Position numbers and translations under genes: made by a program. A DNA stretch of 64,000 nucleotides from NCBI GenBank assembly GCA_965116075.1, contig OZ220467.1, positions 64,191-128,190 on the forward strand. Reading direction: 5' to 3'. Every line of letters begins with the position of its first letter. Within the stretch, counting starts at the first letter, position 1. The notes under the pieces are model-generated. The model worked only from the letters and a program-made list of their open reading frames with translations, made no database searches and was not told the DNA's origin. Below are positions 47,502 through 57,411 of this stretch, piece after piece. The stretch is from Thermodesulfobacteriota bacterium (lineage in GTDB: Bacteria; Desulfobacterota_D; UBA1144; Nemesobacterales; Nemesobacteraceae).

Positions 47502-49436
47502 ATGAAAAATTTCATGTTTCTTTGCGTCTGCACAGTTTTTCTGTCAATTTTGCTTATTTCTTATGCGAGTCAAGCGGAGGAAAATCAGCTTGAAAAAGTA
47601 CTGGTCACGGCAACTAAAATCCCAGTTCCCCAAGATCAACTTGGAGCTTCAACAAAGGTAATAACCCGGGAGGAAATAGATAGAAGCGGAAAAAAGGATT
47701 TGGGATCGGTACTGTCCGCGGTGACCGGTTTTCAGATTACGCGAACTGGGAGCAGAGGAAGTTTAACATCGCTCTTTGTCAGGGGAACTAACAGCAACTT
47801 TAATCTAGTCATGATAAACGGCGTCCAAGTCAATAGCTCAGGAGGTCTCTTTGATTTTGGTCAAATCTCAACCGAAAACATAGAAAGGATAGAGATAGTA
47901 AAAGGATCTCACTCATCTCTTTATGGTTCGGATGCGGTAGCCTCAGTAATAAATATAATAACGAAAAAAAGCCAAGACAAACTGACCCTTGACTCCTCAG
48001 CCGCTTTGGGAGGACGGACGGAAGGGGGCGTTATGCAGGAATATTTCGCTAGCCTTTCCGGTGGAGAGGGTGACTACGGATTCTTTTTATCCTATGGAAG
48101 AATAGATGACGGAGGAATACTGGACATCAATAACGATTATAGAAACAACAATTTCACCGCAAACTTCAATGCGGATTTTTCTGAAAATGCCTCATTCGGT
48201 CTCTTCTCCGTGTATAAAGATTCAGAATTTGAGTTCCCAACTGCTGGATCTGGAGATAAGTTTGATGCCTATCTAGACCCAGACAGCCAAACAGAAGCAA
48301 AGTTGTTTGTAATAGGGTCTGATCTGGATTTTTCGTTTATAAATGGATGGAAAAACTCTGTTAAATTCGGATACTCAAAAAATGACAACAAAAACTACGA
48401 TGGACCTAAACCTGATGGCTTAGACGATGTGGAAACAGTAACAGAGTCCGATGATAAGCGAATCTCTGCCGAATACGTCTCCTCTTTTGAGTTTGATTTT
48501 GAGTCTATCTCAAGCATTACTTCCGCTGGGTTTGAATATGAAAAAGAGAGTTATGAATCATCTGAGGGTGTTGATAAGTCAAGAACTAACTACGCATTTT
48601 TCGCGCAAAAACATCTAGGGTTTTTTGACAGATTCTTTGTTACCACAGGAATACGTTTAGATGATAATCAACGGTTCGGCCAGCAATGGAGTCCAAGCGC
48701 GTTTGCGTTGTTTGAGTTGCTAGAAGGGACAAAGATTAGAGCTGGAGTTGGAAAAGGGATAAAAGAACCAAGCTTCTCGCAGAATTATAGTACCGCTTTT
48801 ACAACCCCAAATCCTGACCTCGCTCCTGAGGAATCCTTGAATATTGAAGCTGGAATTGATCAATCTTTTTACCAAGGCATGGGAGAAATCAAAATCACTT
48901 TCTTTCAAAACAAATTTAAAAACCTGATAGCTTACAGTTTTGAAGAGTTTGCAAACGGTACGAGTTACGACAATGTAAACAAATCTGAAGCAAAAGGCGT
49001 TGAAGTAGAATTTCTTTTGAACCCAATAGAAATATTGACGCTTTCAGGAGGTTATACATACCTTGACTCTGAGGTTACAGATGACGGAGGACTAAGTTCT
49101 GAGTCTTTTGCGGAAGGTAAAAAACTACTGCGCCGACCCGATCACTCTTTTTACGCAGGAGCTAACTTTAGTGTAGATGGATTTAACGTAAACGCCTTAG
49201 GAAAATACGTAGGTAGCCGTGATGACATGAACTGGAGTGAATTTGCGAGAGTAGAGAATGACTCATATTTCACTATGGATCTAGCCGCCTCTTATGAACT
49301 CCCAACCAATCAACTGGCGCAAAGCATAAAGATTTTCGCAAGAGCGGAGAACTTGTTTAACAACGATTATGAGGATGTTTTCGGATTTTCATCCCCGGGG
49401 CTAAGCGTTATTGGTGGAATCTCCTTGCGTATGTAA
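47502..49436 (+). CDS. TonB-dependent receptor, vitamin B12 transporter BtuB-like
   Basis: Signal peptide, TonB-box-like VLVTATK and a plug domain. 644 aa beta-barrel ending in the aromatic residue (...GGISLRM). Confidence 0.8.
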   Translation: MKNFMFLCVCTVFLSILLISYASQAEENQLEKVLVTATKIPVPQDQLGASTKVITREEIDRSGKKDLGSVLSAVTGFQITRTGSRGSLTSLFVRGTNSNFNLVMINGVQVNSSGGLFDFGQISTENIERIEIVKGSHSSLYGSDAVASVINIITKKSQDKLTLDSSAALGGRTEGGVMQEYFASLSGGEGDYGFFLSYGRIDDGGILDINNDYRNNNFTANFNADFSENASFGLFSVYKDSEFEFPTAGSGDKFDAYLDPDSQTEAKLFVIGSDLDFSFINGWKNSVKFGYSKNDNKNYDGPKPDGLDDVETVTESDDKRISAEYVSSFEFDFESISSITSAGFEYEKESYESSEGVDKSRTNYAFFAQKHLGFFDRFFVTTGIRLDDNQRFGQQWSPSAFALFELLEGTKIRAGVGKGIKEPSFSQNYSTAFTTPNPDLAPEESLNIEAGIDQSFYQGMGEIKITFFQNKFKNLIAYSFEEFANGTSYDNVNKSEAKGVEVEFLLNPIEILTLSGGYTYLDSEVTDDGGLSSESFAEGKKLLRRPDHSFYAGANFSVDGFNVNALGKYVGSRDDMNWSEFARVENDSYFTMDLAASYELPTNQLAQSIKIFARAENLFNNDYEDVFGFSSPGLSVIGGISLRM

Positions 49437-49456
49437 ACATATGTCTTGGTTATCTG

Positions 49457-50479
49457 TCATGACTTGAAATTTGGAATCACTTCTTTTCCAAAAAGCTCTA
49501 TTGAGCGCGACACGGCTTCTGCGGGCGCCTGTGGGAAAACCATCCTGCACAATATATTTTCTACACCCGTTACGTCTGCGTATTTCTCAACCTCTGCCGT
49601 GCAGCGCTCTGGAGTTCCGATTATAAAACGGTCTTCCGCCATATGCTCAAACATTGGGTCGTCAGGACTTGTTATATTCTTTCCCCTTATGACGATCTTG
49701 ACACCTAGAGACAGGTAAAACTTATACATCTTTATTATGTACTCCGTGCCACCTTCAACCGCTTGCTTTGTAGTTTCTCTCACGTAGGTTTCTCTGAGTA
49801 GAACATGCTTTACGCCGTGGGGGTCGTGACCCGCTTTTTCCGCCTCGTCGTTGTACCATTCTAGAGTATCCATTATCATAGGAAGCGTCCTTCCGGGTCC
49901 TATCAAAAGAGGATAGCCAAGTCTGCCTGCTCTTCTTACCGCAGGTTCTTCAAAAGCTCCTATATATATTGGTATAGGTCTCTGCACAGGCTTAGGGGTT
50001 ACGTCTATTTCCGGAAAAGAAAATCTTTTTCCTTCGAAGGAAAAAGAACCATCTGACCAGCATTTTTGGATTATATCAATCGCCTCCTCTATTCTTGATG
50101 GCCTCTGGTTAATTGGAATTCTAAATCCATCAAATTCCTCCTTGCGGTATCCTATAGCCACTCCAAGATCAAACCTTCCATTGGAAATAAGATCAACCGT
50201 AGCCGCATCCTCGGCTACGCGCACAGGGTTGTGTAGAGTTAGTATCAGAGCCCCCGTCCCTATTCTCACCCTTTCGGTAACCGCGGCCATAGCCGCAGCC
50301 ATAGTGAGAGGAGAACAACAATAACCGTCTTCAAGAAAATGGTGTTCGGAAAGCCACACAGAATCAAAGTTCACCCCCTCTGCGAGTTTTACCTGCGAGA
50401 GGGCATTATGGTATAGTTCCACGTGGTCGCTTTTATCTGTCTGCATACTAAAAAGCCCGACTCCGAATTTCATGTTCAT
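49457..50479 (-). CDS. LLM-class (luciferase-like) flavin-dependent oxidoreductase
   Basis: 340 aa; DSVWLSEHHF... Confidence 0.75.
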   Translation of the reverse strand: MNMKFGVGLFSMQTDKSDHVELYHNALSQVKLAEGVNFDSVWLSEHHFLEDGYCCSPLTMAAAMAAVTERVRIGTGALILTLHNPVRVAEDAATVDLISNGRFDLGVAIGYRKEEFDGFRIPINQRPSRIEEAIDIIQKCWSDGSFSFEGKRFSFPEIDVTPKPVQRPIPIYIGAFEEPAVRRAGRLGYPLLIGPGRTLPMIMDTLEWYNDEAEKAGHDPHGVKHVLLRETYVRETTKQAVEGGTEYIIKMYKFYLSLGVKIVIRGKNITSPDDPMFEHMAEDRFIIGTPERCTAEVEKYADVTGVENILCRMVFPQAPAEAVSRSIELFGKEVIPNFKS

Positions 50480-50590
50480 GCCTCCAAATTTTTTCTAGTT
50501 CAATCACGGATTTGCGTTTAGTTTGCAAATCAAACATAATTTTAACCGTCATTTTTCTGTGTTTGCAAAATCTTTCGGGAGGTATTCTAC

Positions 50591-51646
50591 GTGGGAAAAG
50601 AAATAAAATTCGGACTTTCGGCGCCGATGCCAGGAGCGGATGTTGACGGACTTATAGATTTTTCCGTAAAGGCAGACAAACTAGGCTTTGACGCTATATG
50701 GTATCCAGACCACTTGCTTTTCGTGGCTCCGGGAGCAATAGCCCCAGAGGCGTGGACTGTAGCTGCGGCCGCAGCTATGCAGACGCAGAACATAGAGCTA
50801 GGAACGGTATCTGACCCTCACAGAATGCATCCTGCGGTTTTCGCACAGAGACTTGCCACCGTAGACCAACTTTCAAAGGGACGGACGGTGTTATGTCTCG
50901 GAGTCGGCGAGTCAATGAACCTTGACGCATTTGGCATTGAATGGGGAAAGCCTCTTTCTAAACTTCGGGAATCAATAGATGTAATGCAACTTCTCTGGCA
51001 GACCGACGAACCCGCCAACTTTAACGGGCAGTTCTACGAGCTTGAAAACGCGTTTCTGCAGATAAAACCTTACAAAAGAAACAAGATTCCATTCTATATG
51101 GCGACCCATACTCCCAAGGGACTCAAACTCACCGGAGAAAAAGGAAATGGATGGCTCCCCATAGATCTTAATCCTGCTCTTTACTCAACTTACCTAACTG
51201 AAATTCAAACGGCTGCGGACAATGTAGGAAGATCTCTTGCCGAAGATTTTGATCCTGCCCTGTGGGTATTCACCTCTCTTGGCGAAAACGTTGATCAAGC
51301 GTTCAAAAGTCTTGAGCCGTTTAAATATGTGCTTGTAATGCAGGATCAGTTGCTCAAGGCGGGTTACGATGTGAAGATCCCCGATGAGTACCAAGGTCTA
51401 AACTACTTTAACATAGTGCCTACGGACGAAGAGGGCAGGCAGAAGTTCAGGGATCTCGGACAACTCTTTCCGAGAGAGGCTATTCTTGATTTCACTATCA
51501 CCGGATCAAAAAAGGATTGCATAGAGAAAATTGAGAAATTCATAAACGCTGGAGTGCGGAACTTTGTCCTGTTTTACAGGTTCAGCCCTAATCCAGACCT
51601 TGCGCTTGAGACTTACTCAAAAGAGATAATTCCTTACTTCAAGTAG
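50591..51646 (+). CDS. LLM-class flavin-dependent oxidoreductase (Mer-like)
   Basis: 351 aa; FDAIWYPDHLLF... Confidence 0.75.
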   Translation: MGKEIKFGLSAPMPGADVDGLIDFSVKADKLGFDAIWYPDHLLFVAPGAIAPEAWTVAAAAAMQTQNIELGTVSDPHRMHPAVFAQRLATVDQLSKGRTVLCLGVGESMNLDAFGIEWGKPLSKLRESIDVMQLLWQTDEPANFNGQFYELENAFLQIKPYKRNKIPFYMATHTPKGLKLTGEKGNGWLPIDLNPALYSTYLTEIQTAADNVGRSLAEDFDPALWVFTSLGENVDQAFKSLEPFKYVLVMQDQLLKAGYDVKIPDEYQGLNYFNIVPTDEEGRQKFRDLGQLFPREAILDFTITGSKKDCIEKIEKFINAGVRNFVLFYRFSPNPDLALETYSKEIIPYFK

Positions 51647-51683
51647 ATACGCCGAAAGTACGAAAACTTATAACCAGTCGCCT

Positions 51684-53303
51684 TTATCTATTTACAAACC
51701 TCACTTTGTCAAAGTGGGGGATAGCCATCTTATCCGGTTCAAGCCCTTTTACGTAAGATTTGACCATGTTTTGCTGAACTGAATTTAGGTAGGGAACTAT
51801 CACCGCGTCAGTTTCAATAAGAAGTTTTTGCGCCTTGTTGTAAAGAGTTGTTCTTTTGTCTCTATTTCGCGTCCGAGCGGCTGTTTTTACCAGAAGATCG
51901 TATTGCTCGTTACACCAGAGGGTGCGATTGTTTCCACTTCCGCACTCAAAAAGGTTCATAAAGTTGTGAGGGTCTGGAAAATCCGCTTGCCAGCCAGCCC
52001 TGTACAAAGGTGGAGGGTCTGTCCGAAGAGTACTCAGATAAACTGTCCACTCTTGGTTTGAAAGTTCCACATCCACTCCCAAGTGCTCTCTCCACATTCC
52101 TTGAAACGCCTCTGCGGCAATTCTATTGTTTCCAGTATCAGGATAGAGAAACTGTACTCGAGGAAACCCTTTTCCGTCGGGATACCCCGCGTCGCGAAGG
52201 TATTTTTTTGCACGTTTGGGACTAAAGGAAATTCCTATCTGCGCATTATGCGATAGCATTTCTATCGGTATCCACGAGGTAATCGGAATCCCAGTCCCTT
52301 GGAGAAGTTCCGCAAGACTTTTCCTATCTATAGCGCTTGCAAACGCTTTTCTTACTAATAGATTGTCAAAAGGCGGTTTTTTTGTGTTAAACCCTACATA
52401 GTTATTTCTGAAAACAACTGTGGAGACAAAATCTGGAAGTTTCATCAGTCTAGGAATTTCAAGAAGCGGCATCCCCCTGCCATCAAGAAGATCAAGCTCT
52501 CCACTTTCATAAAGCGCGAGAACAGAAACCGGGTTTTCGTTCATTATCATTTTCACTTTTTTTACGTCTTTTGGCTTTTCACCCCAATAGTTCTCATAGC
52601 GCTCAATTATTATTTTCTGGTGGTGATTCCACAAAGATAGAGTATAGGGACCCAAAGTGACTATGTTAGCAGGCTCTGTCCACTTAGTGCCGTGTTTTGT
52701 TATCACGTCCTCCCTCATTGGGAAGGTGGACATAAAGGTGAGCAGACTAAGGAAATATGCCCTTGGTTCTTCAAGAGTAACTACAAGGGTGCGGTCATTA
52801 GGCGTCTTTATCCCAACTTTTGAAAAATCGGTTATCTCTCCAGAGTTGAATTTTCTTGCGTTTTTTATGTCAAAAAGGAAATAAGCGTATCCGCCGCCGG
52901 TTTTAGGATTTAGTAGCCTTTTCCAAGAATAAAGGAAATCGGCTGAGGAAAGATGTTTTCCATCTGTCCAAAAAACGTTTTCTCTTATAGTGAAAACATA
53001 GGTTTTTTCGTCTTCACTTATCTTCCAACCACTTGAAAGAGCTGGTACGGGTTCATAGTTGTCGTCAAACTCCGCAAGCCCCTCCATTATGTTCGTTATT
53101 ACCCCAAAGGAAGTACCGTCGGTTGCAAGCGACCAGTCAAGCGTGGGAGGCTCTGTACCAATGTTGATGTTAAGGGTGTCTTTTTTCAAAGAAAAATCAG
53201 GATCCCCAGATCCACTCTGACCACAGGAAACAAGAAAGAAAACGCATAAAAAGAAGGAAAATACTCTTAGTCTGTTCATTCGTAAAAACCTAGGAAACCA
53301 CAC
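51684..53303 (-). CDS. ABC transporter substrate-binding lipoprotein, family 5 (peptide/nickel/opine type)
   Basis: 539 aa with signal/lipobox (LVSCGQS) and an OppA/DppA-like architecture. Confidence 0.8.
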   Translation of the reverse strand: MWFPRFLRMNRLRVFSFFLCVFFLVSCGQSGSGDPDFSLKKDTLNINIGTEPPTLDWSLATDGTSFGVITNIMEGLAEFDDNYEPVPALSSGWKISEDEKTYVFTIRENVFWTDGKHLSSADFLYSWKRLLNPKTGGGYAYFLFDIKNARKFNSGEITDFSKVGIKTPNDRTLVVTLEEPRAYFLSLLTFMSTFPMREDVITKHGTKWTEPANIVTLGPYTLSLWNHHQKIIIERYENYWGEKPKDVKKVKMIMNENPVSVLALYESGELDLLDGRGMPLLEIPRLMKLPDFVSTVVFRNNYVGFNTKKPPFDNLLVRKAFASAIDRKSLAELLQGTGIPITSWIPIEMLSHNAQIGISFSPKRAKKYLRDAGYPDGKGFPRVQFLYPDTGNNRIAAEAFQGMWREHLGVDVELSNQEWTVYLSTLRTDPPPLYRAGWQADFPDPHNFMNLFECGSGNNRTLWCNEQYDLLVKTAARTRNRDKRTTLYNKAQKLLIETDAVIVPYLNSVQQNMVKSYVKGLEPDKMAIPHFDKVRFVNR

Positions 53304-53346
53304 CCATGCCGCAGAGCCATATCATGATTCAATTCACTTTAGGTCC

Positions 53347-54534
53347 TTAATGGATAATCTCAAATTTACCGTTTACTACTTTGGCCACCACGGGGTCGTA
53401 AACCGCATCACCATTTTCGTCAAATGAGAAGCTACCAAGAACGGTGTCTAAGTTTTTTATCTTGGCCATTGAGTCGCGAATTGACTCGGCATCGGTTCCA
53501 GAAGAATTTGCAATCGCTTCGGCCAATATGGTTACGGAGGCGTATGATCGCGCCATGTTGGAATCGGGGTCACTCGCGTATTTTGCTCTGTGCGCGCTTT
53601 TAAATTCTGCGTTCTGCGGCGTGTTAACTTCGGGAAGCCAGACCTGAAACGTTATTGCTCCCTCAGAGGCATTGGATAAAGTCGCATCCGCCTTTCTGAC
53701 TTCATCTATGGTAAGTAGCGTGTATATCAGAGGAGCTTTTATACTGAGTTGTCTCGCCTGTACCATGACTCCAATGCGACCGGCTGGAAGAGCGGAGATA
53801 AAAAGAGCGTCAGGTTTTGAATCCTTTATGGCTGTGAGTTCAGTGGTTAGATCACCAAGCGCAGAGTCGGCCAGACGAGAAAAACTTTGCTTGCTTACAA
53901 CATTTATATCATCATAGTTGTCAAATTCGGCAAAAAGAGTTTCGTTGTTGCTTGAAGAAAACGTGTCCGCTTCGTTCACTATGGTGGCGACATCGCTGTA
54001 ACCAACCTCTTTTTTGCTAATCTTCACGCCTTCAGAAACAAGATCTTTTACAGTGAGCGAAGATCGGAAAATATAACTACCCTTGGCGCTTAGCCCTTCA
54101 GCGGCGGAAGTGGGACTAAAGGATATGACGCCACTTTGTTGCGCTACGGGAATAATTTCTGCTGTCGCTGTGGAAGAGAATGGACCTAGTATCGCCACCA
54201 CGCCGTGGTTATCAATAAGACTTTGATAGGAAGATTTTGCGCCTGCTGGAGTGCTCATTGAGTCAGCGACTATAAACTTTATTCTTCTTCCTTGGGGAAG
54301 AGAATCGTTTACTTTCTCAAGGGCGATATCCATGCCAATTTTCATTGAAAGTCCGGTGGAAGCGTTAACTCCGGTAAGCGGAAGAACCACTCCAACTGGA
54401 ATTTCTCCTGCTGACCCAGTATCATCGCTTCCGCATGAATAAATCCCCACAGAAATAACCGCGCAAAACAGAGCACAACAAAGAACTAACGCAAATTTTC
54501 GGAAATTATACATTTTGTCGCTGACAACTGACAC
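53347..54534 (-). CDS. ABC transporter substrate-binding protein, branched-chain amino acid (LivK-like, Peripla_BP_6)
   Basis: 395 aa with lipobox (GIYSCGSD) and a type I periplasmic binding fold pattern. Confidence 0.75.
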   Translation of the reverse strand: MSVVSDKMYNFRKFALVLCCALFCAVISVGIYSCGSDDTGSAGEIPVGVVLPLTGVNASTGLSMKIGMDIALEKVNDSLPQGRRIKFIVADSMSTPAGAKSSYQSLIDNHGVVAILGPFSSTATAEIIPVAQQSGVISFSPTSAAEGLSAKGSYIFRSSLTVKDLVSEGVKISKKEVGYSDVATIVNEADTFSSSNNETLFAEFDNYDDINVVSKQSFSRLADSALGDLTTELTAIKDSKPDALFISALPAGRIGVMVQARQLSIKAPLIYTLLTIDEVRKADATLSNASEGAITFQVWLPEVNTPQNAEFKSAHRAKYASDPDSNMARSYASVTILAEAIANSSGTDAESIRDSMAKIKNLDTVLGSFSFDENGDAVYDPVVAKVVNGKFEIIH

Positions 54535-54734
54535 CTACGGTACGGTTCCCTAGTTAAGTTCCACTATCCTTACATCCAACGTGATTGTAGTGTACATAAA
54601 ATAGGACAAAAGTCAGCGTATGTTGAAAACACGCGCTTTTTCATTATAATTTCAGTGTGACGGTTGGGTTCAGCGGTAATTTCGTAGGTAGAACATAAAA
54701 TAAACTACGTTTCTTTGAAAACAGGAGGCCACAA

Positions 54735-55010
54735 ATGCTTTTCGTTATAGTTTTAGAAAAACCTAATAGCGAAGTAGCTAATCTTATAAAAGAAAGATAC
54801 CCAGAATGCTATGAGTTTTCTGATACTGTATTTTTAATTTCCCAAGACAGCTTGACAGAAACCATTGCTCAAGAGGTCAAAATCAAAGGGGATGATCGTA
54901 TTGAAGCAGCTACAGGCGCTGTTTTTAAACTAAATGGAGCTTACGCTGGATACGCTTCGCGTTCTTTATGGGAATGGCTTGAGAAAACAGAGGGGTCTGA
55001 TAATGGGTAA
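54735..55010 (+). CDS. Hypothetical protein (91 aa), translationally coupled to the downstream XhlA-like gene
   Basis: Low GC. ATGGGTAA overlap with the next gene. Confidence 0.35.
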   Translation: MLFVIVLEKPNSEVANLIKERYPECYEFSDTVFLISQDSLTETIAQEVKIKGDDRIEAATGAVFKLNGAYAGYASRSLWEWLEKTEGSDNG

Positions 55011-55281
55011 TATTAGTCAACTTCATTCAAATCCAGATCAAGCAACTGGGTCAGGTTCAGGCGATGGAGGTGGCGGAGGAAATACTGAAGGCCGGTTAGT
55101 TGCTCTAGAAACTCGTTTGGAATACTTGGCAACTAAAGAAGATGTTCAGGAAATAAAGACAAATATTCAGGAAATAAAGACGAATATTCAAGAACTAAAA
55201 ACTTGGATTCTTGGCAGGTTCATTGGTGGAATAGTTGTCGTTGCTTCTTTGGTAGTCGCCATTGCCAAACTTTTTCTATGA
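55004..55281 (+). CDS. XhlA-like small membrane protein (coiled coil plus C-terminal TM helix)
   Basis: MGNISQLHSNPDQ...GRLVALETRLEYLATKEDVQEIKTNIQEIKTNIQELKTWILGRFIGGIVVVASLVVAIAKLFL. Same architecture as phage-associated XhlA. Confidence 0.45.
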
Positions 55282-55400
55282 GAGAAAAAGGTGACCTCAT
55301 AAATATAAATTTCCAAAAAATTATTCGTCTACTCCTGATATTTTGAGAAATTGTCCTATTAATTCGATTGCCAAACATAAGTTTTGATATTCATTGAGGT

Positions 55401-55895
55401 TCACTCCTCATCAGGTGATATTCTGACTAGAACAGAATCTTTTTCGACCGACTCGCCCTCCTTTACTCTTACCTCCTTTACAGTTCCAGCAAAGGATGCT
55501 TTGAGTTCACTTTCCATCTTCATAGCCTCAACCACAACAACGCTTTCCCCCTCAACAACCTTTTCTCCTTGCTCCTTGAGAATCTTGACCACTCTGCTAT
55601 GCATCGGGACTATGATATCAGGACCGCCCGCGCCATCGGTTTTTGTTGCGTCTCTACCAGACACGGACTCCATTTCGTATAGGTCGCCATCGTAAAAGAC
55701 CTGTATTTTCTTTCCTTCTTTGTGTACGCCTACAGTGAAACTTTCGCTCCCGACAAGAATTGAGTAGACGCTCTTGTCTATAGGCACAACCTGAATTTCT
55801 TTCTGCTCTTGGTCAATGCTTACGACACTCAGCCCTTCACCCTCTTCAAAACCTACCTTGTAGGTTTTGTTTCCAAGCTTAAAAGTGTATGTCAT
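55401..55895 (-). CDS. Biotin carboxyl carrier protein (BCCP) with an about 90-aa N-terminal extension
   Basis: Biotinyl domain VVVVEAMKMESELKAS at the C-terminus. Probable start is the ATG overlapping the accC stop (ATGA). Confidence 0.75.
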   Translation of the reverse strand: MTYTFKLGNKTYKVGFEEGEGLSVVSIDQEQKEIQVVPIDKSVYSILVGSESFTVGVHKEGKKIQVFYDGDLYEMESVSGRDATKTDGAGGPDIIVPMHSRVVKILKEQGEKVVEGESVVVVEAMKMESELKASFAGTVKEVRVKEGESVEKDSVLVRISPDEE

Positions 55896-57403
55896 AAAAC
55901 CGCATTCCCCGATACGCCGATTCTTCTTGAAAAAAGCTTCCATCCTGAAGCATCACTGCCACTGCCCGAAGCCCCCGTCTGATGATTGTTCGTACCAGCG
56001 CTCATAGCTACTGCCGCCGCGGTAAGCACAATTGAGGGATCGGTTTCACCTGCCGAAAGTAGTTCCGCGTGTCTATCTATAAAACCCGTATCTATCTGAG
56101 CTTTCTTGAATTCTTCGTTTTGCATCATCCTAATCAAAAACCCGAGATTGGTTCTCACTCCTAAGACCACGTATTCCTTCAAAGCAGAGTACATCTTGTT
56201 GACCGCATCTTCACGCGTTTCACCCCATGTAACAAGTTTTGAAAGCATAGGATCATAAAAAGAAGTGATCTCGCAACCACTGTAAACAGAGGAATCGTCC
56301 CTTATCCCAGGACCGCTTGGCGCTCGCACGTAGTGAAGAGGTCCGGGAGAAGGTAGAAAGTTCATCGCCGGGTCTTCGGCGTACACTCTGCATTCAAGCG
56401 CATGTCCACGCATCTTTATCTCAGACTGCTTGAAGGGAAGTTTTTGACCGTATGCGATTCTGATCATCCATTTCACTATATCAAGGCCGGTGATCATTTC
56501 CGTAACTGGATGCTCCACCTGTACTCTCGTGTTCATTTCGAGGAAATAGAAGTTTTCCTCCTGATCCATTATGAACTCTACTGTGCCAGCCCCGTAGTAA
56601 TCAACAGCTTTTGCTAGACGGATGGCCACATCACACATTTTTTTTCTGGTCTCCGAACTTATAAAACCCGAAGGAGCTTCCTCTATAACTTTTTGATGAC
56701 GACGCTGTATAGAGCATTCCCTTTCAAACATATGCAGAACTTTTCCGTGCTTATCTCCAAGCACCTGTATTTCCACGTGTCTGGGCATCTGGATGAATTT
56801 CTCTATGAATACTGAATCATCCCCAAAAGAGGAAAACGCTTCGCTTCTCGCCATCCGAAGCGAGGAAGAAAACTCGTCTTTTGAATTCACAAGCCTCATC
56901 CCCTTTCCACCTCCGCCAGCAGACGCCTTTATCATGACCGGATATCCAATTCTTCTAGCCACCCGTGAGGCTTCCACATCGGATACTGCCCCTTCTGACC
57001 CGGGGACAAGAGGCACATCCGCATCACGCGCTATTTTCCTTGCGGTGACCTTGTCTCCCATAAGCCTTATGGCTTCCGGAGAAGGGCCTATAAAAACGAC
57101 ATCTTCTTTTTGGCAAAGATCTGCGAACGAATCGTTTTCGGAGAGAAACCCAAATCCAGGATGTATGGCCTGCGCGCCGGATTTCTTCGCCACATCTACT
57201 ATTTTTTCCCCTACAAGATAGCTTTCTGCGGGTTTCGGCGGGCCTATGCGGTACGCCTCATCTGCGAGCATCACGTGAAGCGCGGAGCGGTCGGCATCGG
57301 AGTAGACAGCCACAGTAGCGATTCCCATCTCGCGACACGCCCTTATTATTCTTACCGCTATCTCTCCCCTATTAGCTACGAGTATCTTTTCAAACATTTT
57401 CAC
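55892..57403 (-). CDS. accC: Biotin carboxylase subunit of an acyl-CoA carboxylase
   Basis: 503 aa; KILVANRGEIAVRIIRACREMGI, ATP-grasp. Confidence 0.9.
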   Translation of the reverse strand: MKMFEKILVANRGEIAVRIIRACREMGIATVAVYSDADRSALHVMLADEAYRIGPPKPAESYLVGEKIVDVAKKSGAQAIHPGFGFLSENDSFADLCQKEDVVFIGPSPEAIRLMGDKVTARKIARDADVPLVPGSEGAVSDVEASRVARRIGYPVMIKASAGGGGKGMRLVNSKDEFSSSLRMARSEAFSSFGDDSVFIEKFIQMPRHVEIQVLGDKHGKVLHMFERECSIQRRHQKVIEEAPSGFISSETRKKMCDVAIRLAKAVDYYGAGTVEFIMDQEENFYFLEMNTRVQVEHPVTEMITGLDIVKWMIRIAYGQKLPFKQSEIKMRGHALECRVYAEDPAMNFLPSPGPLHYVRAPSGPGIRDDSSVYSGCEITSFYDPMLSKLVTWGETREDAVNKMYSALKEYVVLGVRTNLGFLIRMMQNEEFKKAQIDTGFIDRHAELLSAGETDPSIVLTAAAVAMSAGTNNHQTGASGSGSDASGWKLFSRRIGVSGNAVL

Positions 57404-57411
57404 CTAGCCTC

